Part shown: positions 1 through 14,201 of the stretch, piece after piece | How the letters are laid out: each line of letters starts with the position of its first letter | Position numbering within the stretch: the stretch's first letter is position 1 | NCBI GenBank assembly: GCA_964016885.1 | Contig: OZ024752.1 | Coordinates: 5,146,001 to 5,210,000, forward strand | DNA length: 64,000 nt | Origin: Eledone cirrhosa | Taxonomy: Eukaryota | Direction: 5' to 3' | Position numbers and translations under genes: made by a program | Notes under the pieces: generated by a model | The model's input: only the letters and a program-made list of their open reading frames with translations | What the model was told of the DNA's origin: nothing | Databases searched by the model: none

Positions 1-330
1 TAAGTGCCATATCTCTTCAGGAAATATATAGATATGTATGTGTTAAGTTTATTTTAAGTCATTCTATTGCATCAACAATAAGGACCACATACTGCAATAG
101 CTTGGAGTTCAAGGGACCCCAGCTTTTTAATAAGCTGCCAAAAGGTCTGTGAGTTCTACATGTAGGTGTTTTCAAGAGACATTCTACTGACCAAGATCTT
201 GGATAAACCAAGGCAAATCACAAAAACAACAAACTCTCTTTTGCATCAATGGCCAACCAGAGAAGGATGGCTATGGAAAGTGCAGCCTCAATGGCAATGC
301 CTCAGCATGGCCTCAGTCTGTCGGCTGGAA
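1..330 (+). mobile_element. Degraded CR1-group LINE 3' end
   Basis: Frameshifted SLGVQG/QLFNKLPK, VFKR and DKP remnants resembling the CR1 C-terminus at 53780. Confidence 0.45.
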
Positions 331-614
331 TACGTAATAGAGTAATTACTCCATGGAAGTGAGAGCTTGTATGAATACATAACAAAACATTTTCGATATT
401 TAATTCCAAACATTTTTGATTGGGTAGTTTTGTTTGCTTTGATTCGATGCAGACATCGTAGAGTAGTGTGTACACACTATTCTAGGCAAACTCACTAGTG
501 CTAGTGCTAATATAGGAGCACTTTGTAGAATAGCTGGCATTCGGAAGGGCATCCAGCCATAGAAACCATGCCCTAGAATGGTGTATAGAAGTGTGTAAGG
601 CTGGAATTTATCAA

Positions 615-1025
615 ATCGTCCCAGGTTTTTCTGGGTCTGCCTACTCTGTAACTTCTATCAATTTTGATCGTCCTTCACTTTTTTATACAGCTGTCGTCTT
701 TCATGTGCATCATGTGACCATACCAACGTAGTCTTCTCTCAAGTAAACAGCATCTGATGCCTCTTATTCCTAATTTTTCACTTAGTTCATTTATGTTTTG
801 CCGTTCGCGTATATTACTATTACTCATCCAACGGAGCATGCATGCTTCATTCCTTTCCATTCTGCACAGGTCTTCTGCACACCATGCCCATGTCTTACTG
901 CATGCAGCATTGCTGTTCGTATACAGGCATCATACAGTCTGCCTTTCATTTTTAGAGAGACACCTTTTGTGGCCAACAGCGGTATAAGCTCTCTGAACTT
1001 TTTCCATCCCATTATAACTCTGGCT
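615..1025 (-). mobile_element. RTE LINE fragment
   Basis: [16 protein letters not shown]...RLRWYGH homology to the 47817 element. Confidence 0.9.
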
Positions 1026-1069
1026 ACTATATATATATATATATATATAGATATATACATATATCTGTG

Positions 1070-1141
<72 letters not shown>

Positions 1142-1332
1142 TATGTATATATTTTGCTGTTTCGAAAATATTCTTACTTGAATATATATATATATGTATA
1201 TATTTATATATATATGTATATATATATTTATATATATGTATATATATATATATGTATATATTTATATATATATGTATATATATATTTATATATATGTATA
1301 TATATATATATGTATATATTTATATATATATG

Positions 1333-1365
<33 letters not shown>

Positions 1366-1366
1366 G

Positions 1367-1397
<31 letters not shown>

Positions 1398-1520
1398 GTA
1401 TATATATATATGTATATATTTATATATATATGTATATATTTATATATATATGTATATTTATATATATATGTATATATATATATATATTTATATATATGTA
1501 TATATATATATATATTTATA

Positions 1521-1551
<31 letters not shown>

Positions 1552-1556
1552 ATATG

Positions 1557-1587
<31 letters not shown>

Positions 1588-1882
1588 GTATATATATATA
1601 TATGTGTATATATTTATATATATATATATATAGAGAGAGAGAGATATAGAATATTTACGTATTGAGAGAGAGAAAAGGAGGGATAGGTGATACATGTAGT
1701 TATTTGCCAAATAACGTATGCAGAGGGTGCTCAATACTAGTGCCGGCAGTGTTAAATATTAGAAGTGTTACCTAAAGAAGTGGGTGAGAGAATTAGCAGA
1801 GCGTAAGCACATGGAGAAGTAAAATATAGGACAACAGATCGTTAAAACATGTTTATTTAAATAAACATGTTTTAACGATCTG

Positions 1883-2273
1883 AAAGACCCAAGCCTGAGA
1901 AGAACGTCGACCACACTTCACCTGACATCTGGCCTCCCAGCTCGCCTGACTGCAACCCCCTCGACTTCTATGTGTGGGGCACAGTGGAACGAGACACCAA
2001 CAGATCTAGCTGCAATACGAAAGACGATCTGAAGGCCAGGATCACAAGTGCCTTTAGGAACCTAAGTCGGGGGACAGTGACGAAGGCCTGTAACCAGTCC
2101 CGAGGCCACCTTGAGGCCGTCATCAAAGCCAATGGCAGGTTTATTGAGTGAGATCGAAAGAACAAGTCATGAAGACAAACTGACCCAAGTTTGATAAATA
2201 TATCTTAAAATATAAAACTACTGTTATTTTTTCCTAGACAGTAATCTTGCAAACAAATATAGTCCGCACCCTG
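1883..2273 (+). mobile_element. Tc1/mariner (DD37D-like) transposon 3' fragment
   Basis: Encodes WPPSSPDCNPLDFYVWG...LEAVIKANGRFIE-stop (2151); ends in a TIR ...GCACCCTG followed by TA. Confidence 0.85.
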
Positions 2274-2300
2274 TATATGTAGATATACCAATTATATACG

Positions 2301-2418
<118 letters not shown>

Positions 2419-2689
2419 TATACGTATATATATGTGTATATATATATATATATATATGATGATGATATGTGTATATATATATGTAGGAAAAAGTATGACC
2501 CCGACGGCAGAGCTCAAGCCGTTTCGACGGCTATAGCCATCGAAACGGCTTGAACTCTGCCGTCGTGGTCATACTTTTTCCTATTATCCACTCTACTACC
2601 CTAAGTATTGAGTACTCTGGTGCGTTATGGTCCATCTGGTTCCTTACGACAACTCCTTTTTTATATATATATACGTAGATATATATGTA

Positions 2690-2740
<51 letters not shown>

Positions 2741-2744
<4 letters not shown>

Positions 2745-3490
2745 TTGGTGAGAAATACAGTGAAGGAGGGAGAGGATTTGATGCAGGAGGTTGAGACTGT
2801 GTCAATGAGTGTGGGACTGAGAATGAATGAGACTAAAACAAAATATCTGGTGGAGAATGTTGAGAAGCCAGAGGGGATCACTAGTGTAGGCGGGAAGCTG
2901 CTAGAATTGGTTGAGGACTTCCTGTATTTGGGAGCAAAGATTGGGAATATGGAAGATGATGTGGTTGAGAGGAAGAGCAAGGCCTGGGCGGTGTGTCACA
3001 GCTTGAGATCAGTGTGGAAGTCGGACCTTCGTAAAGACTTGAAAATCCGCCTCTGCTTTGCTGTAGTGGAGTCTGTGCTGCTGTATGGGTCTGAGACTTG
3101 GATACTGACCAAGAGACTCACTCAGATGGTGGATGGGTGCTACACGAGAATGCTGAGGATGGCTCTGAACATTAATCAGTATACACTGAGGATGAAAAAC
3201 TCAGAGCTGTATGGGAGCCTCCCAAAAGTCAGCTCAAAAGTGACACAAAGGAGACTGAGGTTGGCTGGACATGCTCACCGACATCCAGAGTTGACATTGC
3301 ACTCAGTGCTCCTGTGGGAGCCCCTAAATGGACACACTGGAAGAGGAAGACCAAGGTTAATGTATGTTGATGCCCTAAGGATAGACACTGGTCTGTTGGA
3401 GACACGGGACATGGCAGCGATAATGAGGGACAGAAACCGCTACAGAGAACTCGTCCATGGATCTCGAGAATTTTACCCGCCCTAGAATAC
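2741..3490 (+). mobile_element. 5'-truncated RTE-group LINE (distinct family)
   Basis: RT C-terminus: GLRMNETKTKY, DFLYLG, LLYGSETW, RLRLAGH, LWEP..GRGRP; flanked by (AT)n. Confidence 0.85.
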
Positions 3491-3534
<44 letters not shown>

Positions 3535-3569
3535 GTATATATATATATCATATATATATATATATATAA

Positions 3570-3614
<45 letters not shown>

Positions 3615-3620
3615 AATATA

Positions 3621-3666
<46 letters not shown>

Positions 3667-3677
3667 TATATATAAAT

Positions 3678-4900
3678 ATCATCATCATCATCATCATCAT
3701 CACCGTTTTACGTCCGTTCTTCCACGCTAGCATGGGTTAGACGGGTGTCCTGTTGTGTGCAGTGTCTGGTCGGCTGACCATGCCTTGCTCATACAGGAAC
3801 TGATCTGGCTTGATTTCTACAGCTGGATGCCCTTCCTAACACCAACCTCATTTACAGTGAGTGCTGGGTGCTTTTTCGTGGCGCCTACACGTCCACTTTA
3901 CAGTGTAGGCTGGGTGCTTTTTTGCCGTGGCACCTCCACGACCACCTTGCGGTGGGGGGGGGGGGGCATATTGTTTATATGCTTTGGCATGTACCCATGG
4001 GAGGTCGGGTACCCTGTATTACTGCGTGACGCCAGAAGTCACGGTCGTGTGTCATTGACTTTGAGAGGTGTAGTTGGGTAAGGTCGGCTTTTATCACCTC
4101 ATCCCAAGTCATCTTGGGTCTCCCCACTCCGCGGTTTCCATCAACTTCTAGTGCTCTGCACCTTTTTATGCAGCTGTCATCCTTCATACGCATCACATGT
4201 CCATACCAGCGTAACCGCCTCTCCTGCACGCAGCATTTGATTCCTCTTATGCTCAGTCTCTCTCTCAATTCCTTTATGCTTTGTCGTTCACGTATATTAC
4301 TGTTACACATCCATCGGAGCATGCAGGCTTCGTTTCTCTCTAATCTACGTAAGTCTTCCACCTTCAGCGCCCAGGTCTCACTACCATGCAACATCGCTGT
4401 TCGGATACACGCATCATACAGTCTGCCTTTCATTCTGAGGGAGAAGCCTTTTGCAGCTAGCAGTGGTAGTAGTTCCCTAAACTTCTTCCATCCCATTCTT
4501 ACCCTAGTTATTGTACTTTCTGAGCACCCACCTCCGTTGCTAATTCGGTCACCTAGGTAGCAGAAGCTGTCTACTGTTTCTACAGGGCCCGCCCAGAGAT
4601 TGGTGGTACTTGTTTCCTGTGGCTGTTTGCTTGCTGTTTCAGCACAGCTGCTGCATGTGAATCCTACATTCTTAATTAAGCTTCCTGAGATCCCGCTACA
4701 TCTCTTGTGTACCCATTGTTTGCATTTGGGGCAGAGAATGGAGTTCCTACCTACACCTTTCCTACATACTGAGCAAGGCCATTTCCCTGAGGGGATCTGG
4801 GTTCTGTTTTCTCGTCTACTTATAAGGACCTTAGTCTTTGTCATGTTGACTTTGAGGCCCTTTCTCTCTAGTCCCTGCTTCCAGGTTTGGAATTTATTCT
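3678..4900 (-). mobile_element. 5'-truncated RTE LINE (subfamily A2)
   Basis: 289-aa RT C-terminal ORF, 3' UTR and (GAT)n tail; near-identical to 55386-56165. Confidence 0.92.
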
Positions 4901-4979
4901 ATATATATATATATATATATGTAAATATATATATGTATGTAAATATATATATGTATATATATATATATATGTAAATATA

Positions 4980-5027
<48 letters not shown>

Positions 5028-5075
5028 AATATATATATGTATATATATATATATATGTAAATATATATATATATG

Positions 5076-5107
<32 letters not shown>

Positions 5108-5351
5108 AATATATATATATATATGTAAATATATATATGTAAATATATATATGTGTAAATATATATATATATATGTATCTATATATGTATATATGTATCT
5201 ATATATGTATATGTATATATATAGATATATGTATATGTATATATATAGATATATGTATATGTATATATATAGATATATGTATATGTATGTATATATGTAT
5301 AGATGTATGTATATATGTATATGTATTTATATTTGTATATATATATATGTA

Positions 5352-6118
5352 TCATCATCATCATCATCATCAACGTTTAACGTCCGTGTTCCACGCTTGC
5401 ATGGGTTTGGACAGGGGTAGTCCCACTTGAGGCAAGAGTGATTGTCTTGCTCGCATAGGACTGTCTGGCAGGTTTTCTACAGTTGGATGCCCTTCCTAAC
5501 ACCAACCACATTTACGGTGTGGGTCTGGGAGGTTTTTACCGTGTTGCCTACACGGCCACATTACAGCGTGGACTGTGTGTTTTTTTGTCGTGACACCTAC
5601 AGGATCTCATTTGTTTCAGCCTGGATGGCGCGGCACCAACATAACTTTACATAGAACGGGGTGGGGTGGATGGGGTGGGGGTGGGACGGGTGTATTTTGT
5701 TAGAGATGCCTACTGGCTGTAGTAGGTTTTACTATGTATTTAGGTAAGGCGGGTCTTCTCTGTTACTGAGTACCGCCAAAGGTCTCGGTCCAGTGACATT
5801 GTCTTGGAGAGGTGTAAGTGTGTGATGTCGGAGTTTATCAGCTCGTCCCAGGTTTTTCTGGGTCTGCCTACTCCGTGGCTACCGTCTATCTTTATTGCCC
5901 TGCACTTTGTTATACAGCTGTCGTCTTTCATGCGCATCACGTGACCATGCCAACGTAGCCTTCTCTCGAGTAAACAACATCTGATCCCTCTTATTTCTAA
6001 TTTTTTACTTAGTTCGTTTATGCTTTGCCGTTTATGCTTTCCTCTCTAGTCTGCGTATATCCTCTGCACACAATGCCTAGGTCTCACTGCCATGCAACAT
6101 TGCTGTTCGTATGCAGGA
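5352..6118 (-). mobile_element. 5'-truncated RTE LINE (subfamily of the 47817 element)
   Basis: 3' UTR and C-terminal coding homology, tail, internal deletion near 6035. Confidence 0.9.
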
Positions 6119-6158
6119 TGTATATATATGTATATATATGTATATGTATATATATGTA

Positions 6159-6210
<52 letters not shown>

Positions 6211-6333
6211 GGAGGTGAGTTTTATTGTAGTACAATAAAGCAATGCAGATATCGGATAAGAAGCACTCTACAGTTTGTGGGACTGGAGTATGCATAATAT
6301 AAGATCAAAAGATGGTTAAAGGAGTTCAATATA

Positions 6334-6400
6334 TTTTATTATGCGCATTTCAAAAACAAACATCATCAAACAATAATATTTGTGTTTTCATCAGATAAAA
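6334..6400 (-). ncRNA. Type I hammerhead ribozyme motif (inverted copy)
   Basis: Exact reverse complement of 6527-6593 within the 340-bp palindrome. Confidence 0.8.
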
Positions 6401-6526
6401 CAGGAGAACATGATATGAAGGCTAAAAAAACACTTGTTGATAGTGCAGTTTTAAATCAACATATATGTTGATTTAAAACTGCACTATCAACAAGTGTTTT
6501 TTTAGCCTTCATATCATGTTCTCCTG

Positions 6527-6593
6527 TTTTATCTGATGAAAACACAAATATTATTGTTTGATGATGTTTGTTTTTGAAATGCGCATAATAAAA
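6527..6593 (+). ncRNA. Type I hammerhead ribozyme motif
   Basis: TTTTAT-CTGATGA-[AAACACAAATATTAT/ATGATGTTTGTTTTT stem II]-GAAA-TGCGCA(palindromic stem III)-TA-ATAAAA; stem I TTTTAT/ATAAAA; AUA cleavage triplet. Confidence 0.8.
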
Positions 6594-6643
6594 TATATTG
6601 AACTCCTTTAACCATCTTTTGATCTTATATTATATATATATAC

Positions 6644-6674
<31 letters not shown>

Positions 6675-6680
6675 TGTATA

Positions 6681-6916
<236 letters not shown>

Positions 6917-6943
6917 ATACATATATATATATATATACATATA

Positions 6944-6989
<46 letters not shown>

Positions 6990-7025
6990 ATACATATATA
7001 TATATATATACATATATATATGTAT

Positions 7026-7058
<33 letters not shown>

Positions 7059-7062
7059 ATAC

Positions 7063-7348
<286 letters not shown>

Positions 7349-7406
7349 TATATATGTATATATATATATATATATATATACATATATATATGTATATATA
7401 TATATG

Positions 7407-7454
<48 letters not shown>

Positions 7455-8225
7455 TCATTTGATTTATTGATTTATTGATATTTTATCTGAGTGTCCCGAA
7501 TCTTCCAGATCGTAATTTTTCGGTCGTATTGTTGATTTTAGACATGTTCTATGTGTGTCGGTATTTTAACGATAGTTATAGCTCTGATTTATCTGAATTA
7601 TTGAGCCCTCTGCCGCTCATTTCGAATTTTGTTTATCGTGAACTCGTGCGCCGATTTTTCGATACTCGATTATTCTACTATATATATATATACATATACA
7701 TATATATATGTATATATATATATATATATAACTTCATGAAAAATAGTCATAGCTTTAGGCTTTGCCTTCGTTATTGAAGAGAAGTAGATAATTTTGTAAT
7801 TACAATCATAGATTTTGGTGCATTATTTTAAAAGCAACTACAGGAACAACAACATCAGAAAGTAAATGTAATTACTGTAAAACTATTTTTAGTAGAATTG
7901 TTGCTCACTTAATCATGTGTTTAAAGCTAAATTAATGAAAGACACAATTGTCTAAATTCTTAAATGTATTTCACCATTGCCAGCTTTCAGTAATAGCTCT
8001 TAAATTCGCTTTATACGGATTCAGGCAGTCTTATTAGTGAAACTTCTATTTCTTACACTCGTATACAGATATGGCTATATTTAAGGAGCTTACTTCTCAA
8101 CCATCCAGTTTGGGGTTCATTTTCCCCCTGCCTTACACTTTGGGCAATTAAGTAATTGTTTTCTATTATAGCCTTGAGTTGTTGGTGAAAATTGGTCGAC
8201 GAAAATTACAGAAGCCCATTATGTG

Positions 8226-8275
<50 letters not shown>

Positions 8276-8376
8276 CAGGATATCCTCCAAAAATGTATAC
8301 ACACTTTCATTACCTGTACTGACAATCTTTATTAGAATGCTGTTGAAGTATGTATACATATTTTGGGGACACCCAG
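8276..8376. mobile_element. Tc1/mariner-type MITE
   Basis: Imperfect TIRs CAGGATATCCTCCAAAAATGTATACA / TGTATACATATTTTGGGGACACCCAG with TA flanks. Confidence 0.65.
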
Positions 8377-8595
8377 TATGTATATCTTCACTGTCATCAT
8401 GATTGTTTTAATGTCCACTTAAAATGATGATTATATATATATATATTTATCCAACTGGCTTGTGTGTGTGTGTGTGTGTGTTTATGTCTGTGTTTATGTC
8501 TTGTAACCTGGCAGTTTAAAAAAAAACAGTAATAAAGTAGGTACCAGGCTTGACACAATAAATACTAGGGTTAACATCATAGACCGAATCTTTAA

Positions 8596-8803
8596 CCCTT
8601 TAGCATTTAAACTGGCCATATCCGGCCAGAATTCTTTCACTTCTTTCTGTTCAAACCAGCTCTAACTAGCCACTCATACTTATGTTAAGGTATTGTTCTC
8701 AAAATAAATAATATAAAAATCTCATAGATTCGATATTATGTGAGATAAAGTGTTTACCATGAAAATGCAAGGGTATATATAAAGTAATGTAAAGGCTAAA
8801 GGG
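8596..8803. mobile_element. piggyBac-type MITE
   Basis: TTAA TSD and CCCTTTAGC termini; copies at 13993, 39981, 40108, 61596 and a partial one at 33560. Confidence 0.8.
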
Positions 8804-10450
8804 TTAAAAGGCCATAGCCTAATGAATGAATCCAGTAAAAGAATATATATATATTAGAATTTTGAACCTAGTAAATTATTAGAATGTACCGCTTTTATAT
8901 AATTATTTCCGTTATTCTTTTACTGGTTTCTGTCATTAGATTGTGGCCATACTGGGGCACTATCTTGAAAGTATTTTGTAGCAATCTCTTTTTCTTGAAC
9001 TGTTAATTTACAGGATTTAATGAAACAGTAAGTGTAAACATGGACAGAGACGAAATATTCACTTAATTCTATATGCCACGGTTCAACTAGCTGTCAGGAA
9101 TTCATAACAAAGTTTGCATGGAAACTCCCCTGCAATTAGCTAGCAATTTATCCTAGGAGAAGATATATATGTCCATCACTTATCCATCGACAAAATCTCA
9201 GACCTCATTTGCTTACCAAGTGGGATGAAACTCATCAAATCAGATCAAGGAAACTATGTTTCCATTACTCTTTCCAACTCCTGGCAGGAAGAGCAACATG
9301 AAATAAAGTGCCTTGCTCAAGGTCATAATGCATTGCTCAGTCCAGGAATCAAACTCGCAACTTCACAATTGCAAATCCAACTCTCTAACCACTAAAACAT
9401 TTACCTTCACTAATCACTTATAAAGTCCTGAAAATACAGCTAAATGCTCATTCTTGTACTAAAGGAACATTCGTGTAGCAGGATATTATAGATATTAACA
9501 AAACCTTTTAATTTAGTTTGCAAATATACATAAATTTCCATACTAGGAGAGGATGTGGGCACTGCCAATCATTTCTAAGGCCAAGTGAAATGCCATGATG
9601 GACACCTAATCAAATGTCACAGGGGTCACCCTAATAACTGGCTGCACCAGTTGCAGTGACTTAATTGATGTGTTATGAAGAGATAAAGTTACTGACATTT
9701 CAATAAAACCATTTGTCAAAGAGAAAATATATTAATGGTAGCATTGAGGCTTTTGCTCATAAATACTTTCATCTCTCCACAGGATTTTTCCGAATTTACA
9801 AAATGTGTTAACCTTTTTGTTGTCATATTTCTAATCAAATACTATGTATTTTAATTAATTAATGAAGAAGTTTGGAAGGATTTACTAAAATTTTCATTTC
9901 ATTAAGATGATGTTTGTAACATAACAAAACGTTTCTATGTAAAATTATGTTGGGAAGTTTTAATTTAAGTAATTCCTCTTTTATATGGGTTGTTTTGTTT
10001 CATGGTTTGGCATGGGTTGGTGTCCAAAGGGTTAAATGATATTTGCCAAAACAGACCACTACTGGTTTCATCAAATTCTGACTTTTATTTTCATATTTGA
10101 ATAGAGCAATCATAAAAGAATATTAAAAAAATACTCATCTTTTTCCATTTTTAGAGGGTTTTAAACCCATTATCAGACTAAAATTTCTGTAGTCAAAAAT
10201 ATAGCAAAAGCTTCTATTTCTACTAAATTTCAGACTTTGCTCGCTGTTTCAAAACAAACTTGCTTTGTTATAAAAAAAAATACATTTAAAGAAAAACACA
10301 GATCTCAACAATAGATGCAATTTTTTTTTCTTGGAAGTCACTTTTAGTTTTCTTTATACATTCTATATATCCATTTTATACATTCTTTTATATATACACT
10401 TCCTTGCTTCTTTCACACATTGTACTCATTTATTTAGAGGTTGATTTTTA

Positions 10451-10626
10451 CAGTGAAATTCCATTATAACGAAATTCACGGGGTATAAAAAAGAATTTTT
10501 TGTAACAAAAAATTCTCTATAATGAGATTGACCTAACACATCGAGCGTGTGGCTAGGCGTTGAAAAGAATTTTATGATACTGAAAAATTTGTTATAATGG
10601 TATTTGTTATAATGGAATTTTACCTG
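10451..10626. mobile_element. pogo/Tigger-like MITE
   Basis: TA-CAGTGAAATTCCATTATAACGAA ... TTGTTATAATGGAATTTTACCTG-TA; reverse copy at 23081-23267. Confidence 0.75.
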
Positions 10627-10939
10627 TATTTCAGTTTTTCACTGGGGTCTCACTTTGTTTGTAGTCTTCTCAAATATCTTTCTGTTTTAGTCCAATGCCA
10701 ATAACCACTTTGGCAGCTGCAACCAAAGCATATTTCTAGAGAATATAGTGCTTAGCCAATAGCATATTGCTTACTTATTGTTGTTTTGTTTTATTGCACT
10801 TATAAACTCATCAATTCCCCATAGAAGATCTGAAATTGTTTGAATGTATTTTTAAAAAAATCTGTAAATGAATGCTTTCTTTCATCAAACAACCTATTGA
10901 AAGAAGCTTGTTGGTAAGTGAACAAATAGAAAACCAATT

Positions 10940-11420
10940 TCTGTGTGTGTATTTATAATTGTGTGTCTGTATGTGTATAGTTGTTACTATGTGTGTTTGT
11001 GTGCATATATGTGTAACTATGTATATATTTATAACTAGCTGTGTCTGTATGCATATGTGTAACTATGTGTGTTTGCGTATGCATATGTGTAACTGTGTGT
11101 ATATTTATAACTATCTGTGTCTATATGTGCACAGTTGTAACTATGTGTGTATGCATATGTGTAACTACGTGTGTGTGTTTCTATGTGTGTCTGTGTGTAT
11201 ATTTATAACTGTATCTGTGTGTGCATATTTATTAATGTGTGTGTCTGCATGTATATTTATAACTAGGTGTGTGTGTATTTGTAACTGTGTGTGTGTATAT
11301 TTGTAACTATGTGTGTTTGTAACTGTGTCTATATGTATATTTGTAACTCTGTGTGTGTGTATTTATAACAGTGTGTATGTGTGTATATTTATAACTGTGT
11401 GTGTGTGTGTGTGTGTGTGT
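10940..11420. repeat. Degenerate (GT)n-based minisatellite
   Basis: Recurring tgtgtgt-atttataact / tgtaact units. Confidence 0.8.
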
Positions 11421-11847
11421 TCTATTTTCCTGATATTTTATAATTTTAATAAAACCTGACTTTTGTGGTTAGTAATAAAAGAAAATGAGTCGAAACAAAA
11501 AGATTTCTGAAGATTTATTTTTTATATTATTTATATTAGTTGTTCGTTTGCTGTTTTGTTCCCATAAGAGTTTTACTTGAAACAAAGTTGGTTTGTTTTT
11601 TTTCTTTCTAATTTCCTATATTTACTAGTTGAAATAAATTCATTTAATTTTTACCTTAGCTACAAGATAAAATATTTCATAATTTCTCAAGAAACAGCTG
11701 CAGTCCGATGGCTGAAACCAATATCTTAATAAAAAGTCAAAGGCCATATCAATGATATACATTGCATGTGATGTAGTTTTACTGAAATCATGAAACAAGG
11801 GTAGACTTGTTAGATTTTATTCCTGTCAATCAAGAAGCTATGCTATA

Positions 11848-12115
11848 ATGTGCCTAATACTCATGAACATGTGTACAAAATCAGAAAACAGCCCAGCTCC
11901 GATGTCTTTCGGGAATATTTTTTCATGATCACAGTTGCTGAAGCATGGAACAAACTGCCCGTATCAGCTGTTAGATGTTGGGACACTGCATCCTTCAAAA
12001 TTTCCATGCTTCCCAAAATTAGCCAACACTGCACCTGATATTTCCCCTCCATATACACACACACATGATGAGTTATAGTCATCTGAACACTGTACATTAT
12101 AATTTTCATTATAAT
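11848..12115 (+). mobile_element. CR1-group LINE 3' fragment
   Basis: H.YKI.K...R.YFF...V...WNKLP...SFK CR1 terminal motif. Confidence 0.7.
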
Positions 12116-12124
12116 TTTCCACAA

Positions 12125-12540
12125 GTGGTGGTTTGGCAAAATCGGTAGAGAGTTCTGACTTTGTAGCATAGAGTTATGGTCCTTTGTGTTCTGAATTCAA
12201 ATCCCGTCGAGGTTAACTTTGCCTTTCATCCTTATGGGGTCGATAAAATTAAAGTACCAGTAATGTACTGGATAATTGCTGGCCTTGTGCCAAAAGTAGA
12301 AACAATTATTATAAAGGGAGATAGATTGGCAGTATCGGTAGAGCATTGGACACCATGCTTTGTGGCATAGAGTTATGGCTCTTTACGTTCTGTGTTCAAA
12401 TCCTACTGAAGTTAACTTTGCCTTTTATCCTTACGGGGTCGATAAAATAAAGCACCAGTAACGTACTGGGGTTGATTTAATCGACTTTCCCCTCCCCCAA
12501 AATTGCTGGCCTTGTGCCTATATAAGAAACTGTTATTATT
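12125..12540 (+). mobile_element. Two tandem tRNA-derived SINEs (Meta-domain-like)
   Basis: A box (TGGCAGTATCGG), B box (GTTCAAATCC), conserved TTTGCCTTTCATCCTTACGGGGTCGATAAAATAAAG..CCAGT body. Confidence 0.75.
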
Positions 12541-13528
12541 GTCATAAAAATGATGATGTCTTTCAGTGTAAGCTATTACTCATTATGGAGTAACTACTAG
12601 ATTTTCAAAGGTAACATTTCATAACTTCAGTTTTTAACTGAACATAAATATTTCTTCAACGTGTAAAGTGGTCATATAAAGTGTCACAACAAAAATCCCC
12701 CGGCCCACACTGAAAAGTGGCCATGTAGGTGTCACGACAAAAATCCCCCGGCCCACACTGAAAAGTGGCCATGTAGGTGTCACAACAAAAATCCCCCGGC
12801 CCACACTGAAAAGTGGCCATGTAGGTGTCACAACAAAAAGCACCCAGTACTCACTGTAAATGAGATTGGCATTAGGAAGGGCATCTAGCCATAGAGATCA
12901 AATCAAAATCAGTTCTGTAGGAGCAAGACATGGTCACCTGACCTAGTATTGCCCACAACTGGACAACTTGTCTAACCCATGCTAGCAAATTGGTGATGAT
13001 ATTACTATGATGATGATGATACTTATTCTTAATGACTTGGAAGAAAGAATATAACATTACTATTTTTATCTAGTAAAAAGTATTGATTTACAGTCAGGAA
13101 AATATACCTAGAATGGCAGTCTTACTAGTCACTTGGCTTGCTTTGCTATTTCATGTTTCACTTCTTTTACTTTTATAGTCATTAAAGAACAACCATTATA
13201 TTTTCTGCCATTGGAATCAGAACAAGTTTCTGTTTAAATTATCTATATTTCAGGTTTTATCACACCTACTCTCTCTTGCTTTTTCTCTCTCTCACTCTCT
13301 CTTTTTCTCACTCTCTCTTTTTCTCTCTCCCTCTTTTTCTCTTTCTCTTTTTTTTACTCTCTTTTCAGGATTTATCACCCCCCCCTCTCTCTCTTACATA
13401 CACCCACTCAAAAAATGAAGCCATCGATAAATTGAAATGTTTGATGTCAGTGCCAATCACAACAGACTAAAATACATATCAGAAGTATTCATCTTCTTAA
13501 CATTTCAGTGTCTTACATTTTACGTATG

Positions 13529-13568
<40 letters not shown>

Positions 13569-13992
13569 TTAAAAATTTGGAAATGTGATAATCTTAAATA
13601 CAGAAAATAACTGTAATAACAATCAGTCACTATAAATAATAGTTGGGGAGAAAAATTAGGTAAATTACCCCTAGTGGTAGAAAAAAAGTGGCCAGGGGCA
13701 TTTATGAGGTATCAAACCTCATATCTCTCAAATACCTTGTGAATTGTGAATATATTACCTTTACACTAAGGGGTGACTGATAAATTTCAAACCCTCTTTT
13801 CTGTTTCATGGATTGCTTATCAATAAAAACGTTTTCTGGTGTGACACTTTTTGCTCAAGAGATTAAGATATGATTTGTAGGAATTTTGGCTCCCATTTCT
13901 AACAGGTTGATCAGCTACATAGGAGTAGGCCCTTTAGCTCAAATCACTTCATTGGTTCAGGTCCTCCTAATTAACACAGATCCCCTTGTTAA

Positions 13993-14201
13993 CCCTTTAG
14001 CAGTTACATTACTCTATATATACTATTACAATTTTGTGGTAAAGGCATTACCTCACGTTATATCGAATCTATGAGATTTTTTATATTATTTATTTTGAGA
14101 AAAATACTTTAACATCAATATGAGCAACCAGTTACGGCCAGTTTAAACAGAAAGAGGGGAGATTGGTCTGGCCAGATACGGCCAGTTTAAATGCTAAAGA
14201 G
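13993..14201. mobile_element. piggyBac-type MITE (reverse copy)
   Basis: TTAA-CCCTTTAGCA ... TGCTAAAGAG-TTAA. Confidence 0.75.

Larger units (their letters stand above)
6207..6633 (-). mobile_element. Penelope-like pseudo-LTR / retrozyme-type element with fold-back
   Basis: 340-bp spacerless perfect palindrome (6294-6633) carrying hammerheads, with an extra ~87 bp on one arm; flanked by (AT)n; related copy at 45701-45943. Confidence 0.6.

Noticed and set aside
9068-9100. YATVQL resembling the Robo CC1 motif (PYATT)
   Set aside because: Short frame closed by a stop, no splice sites, and it abuts a minus-strand SINE remnant.
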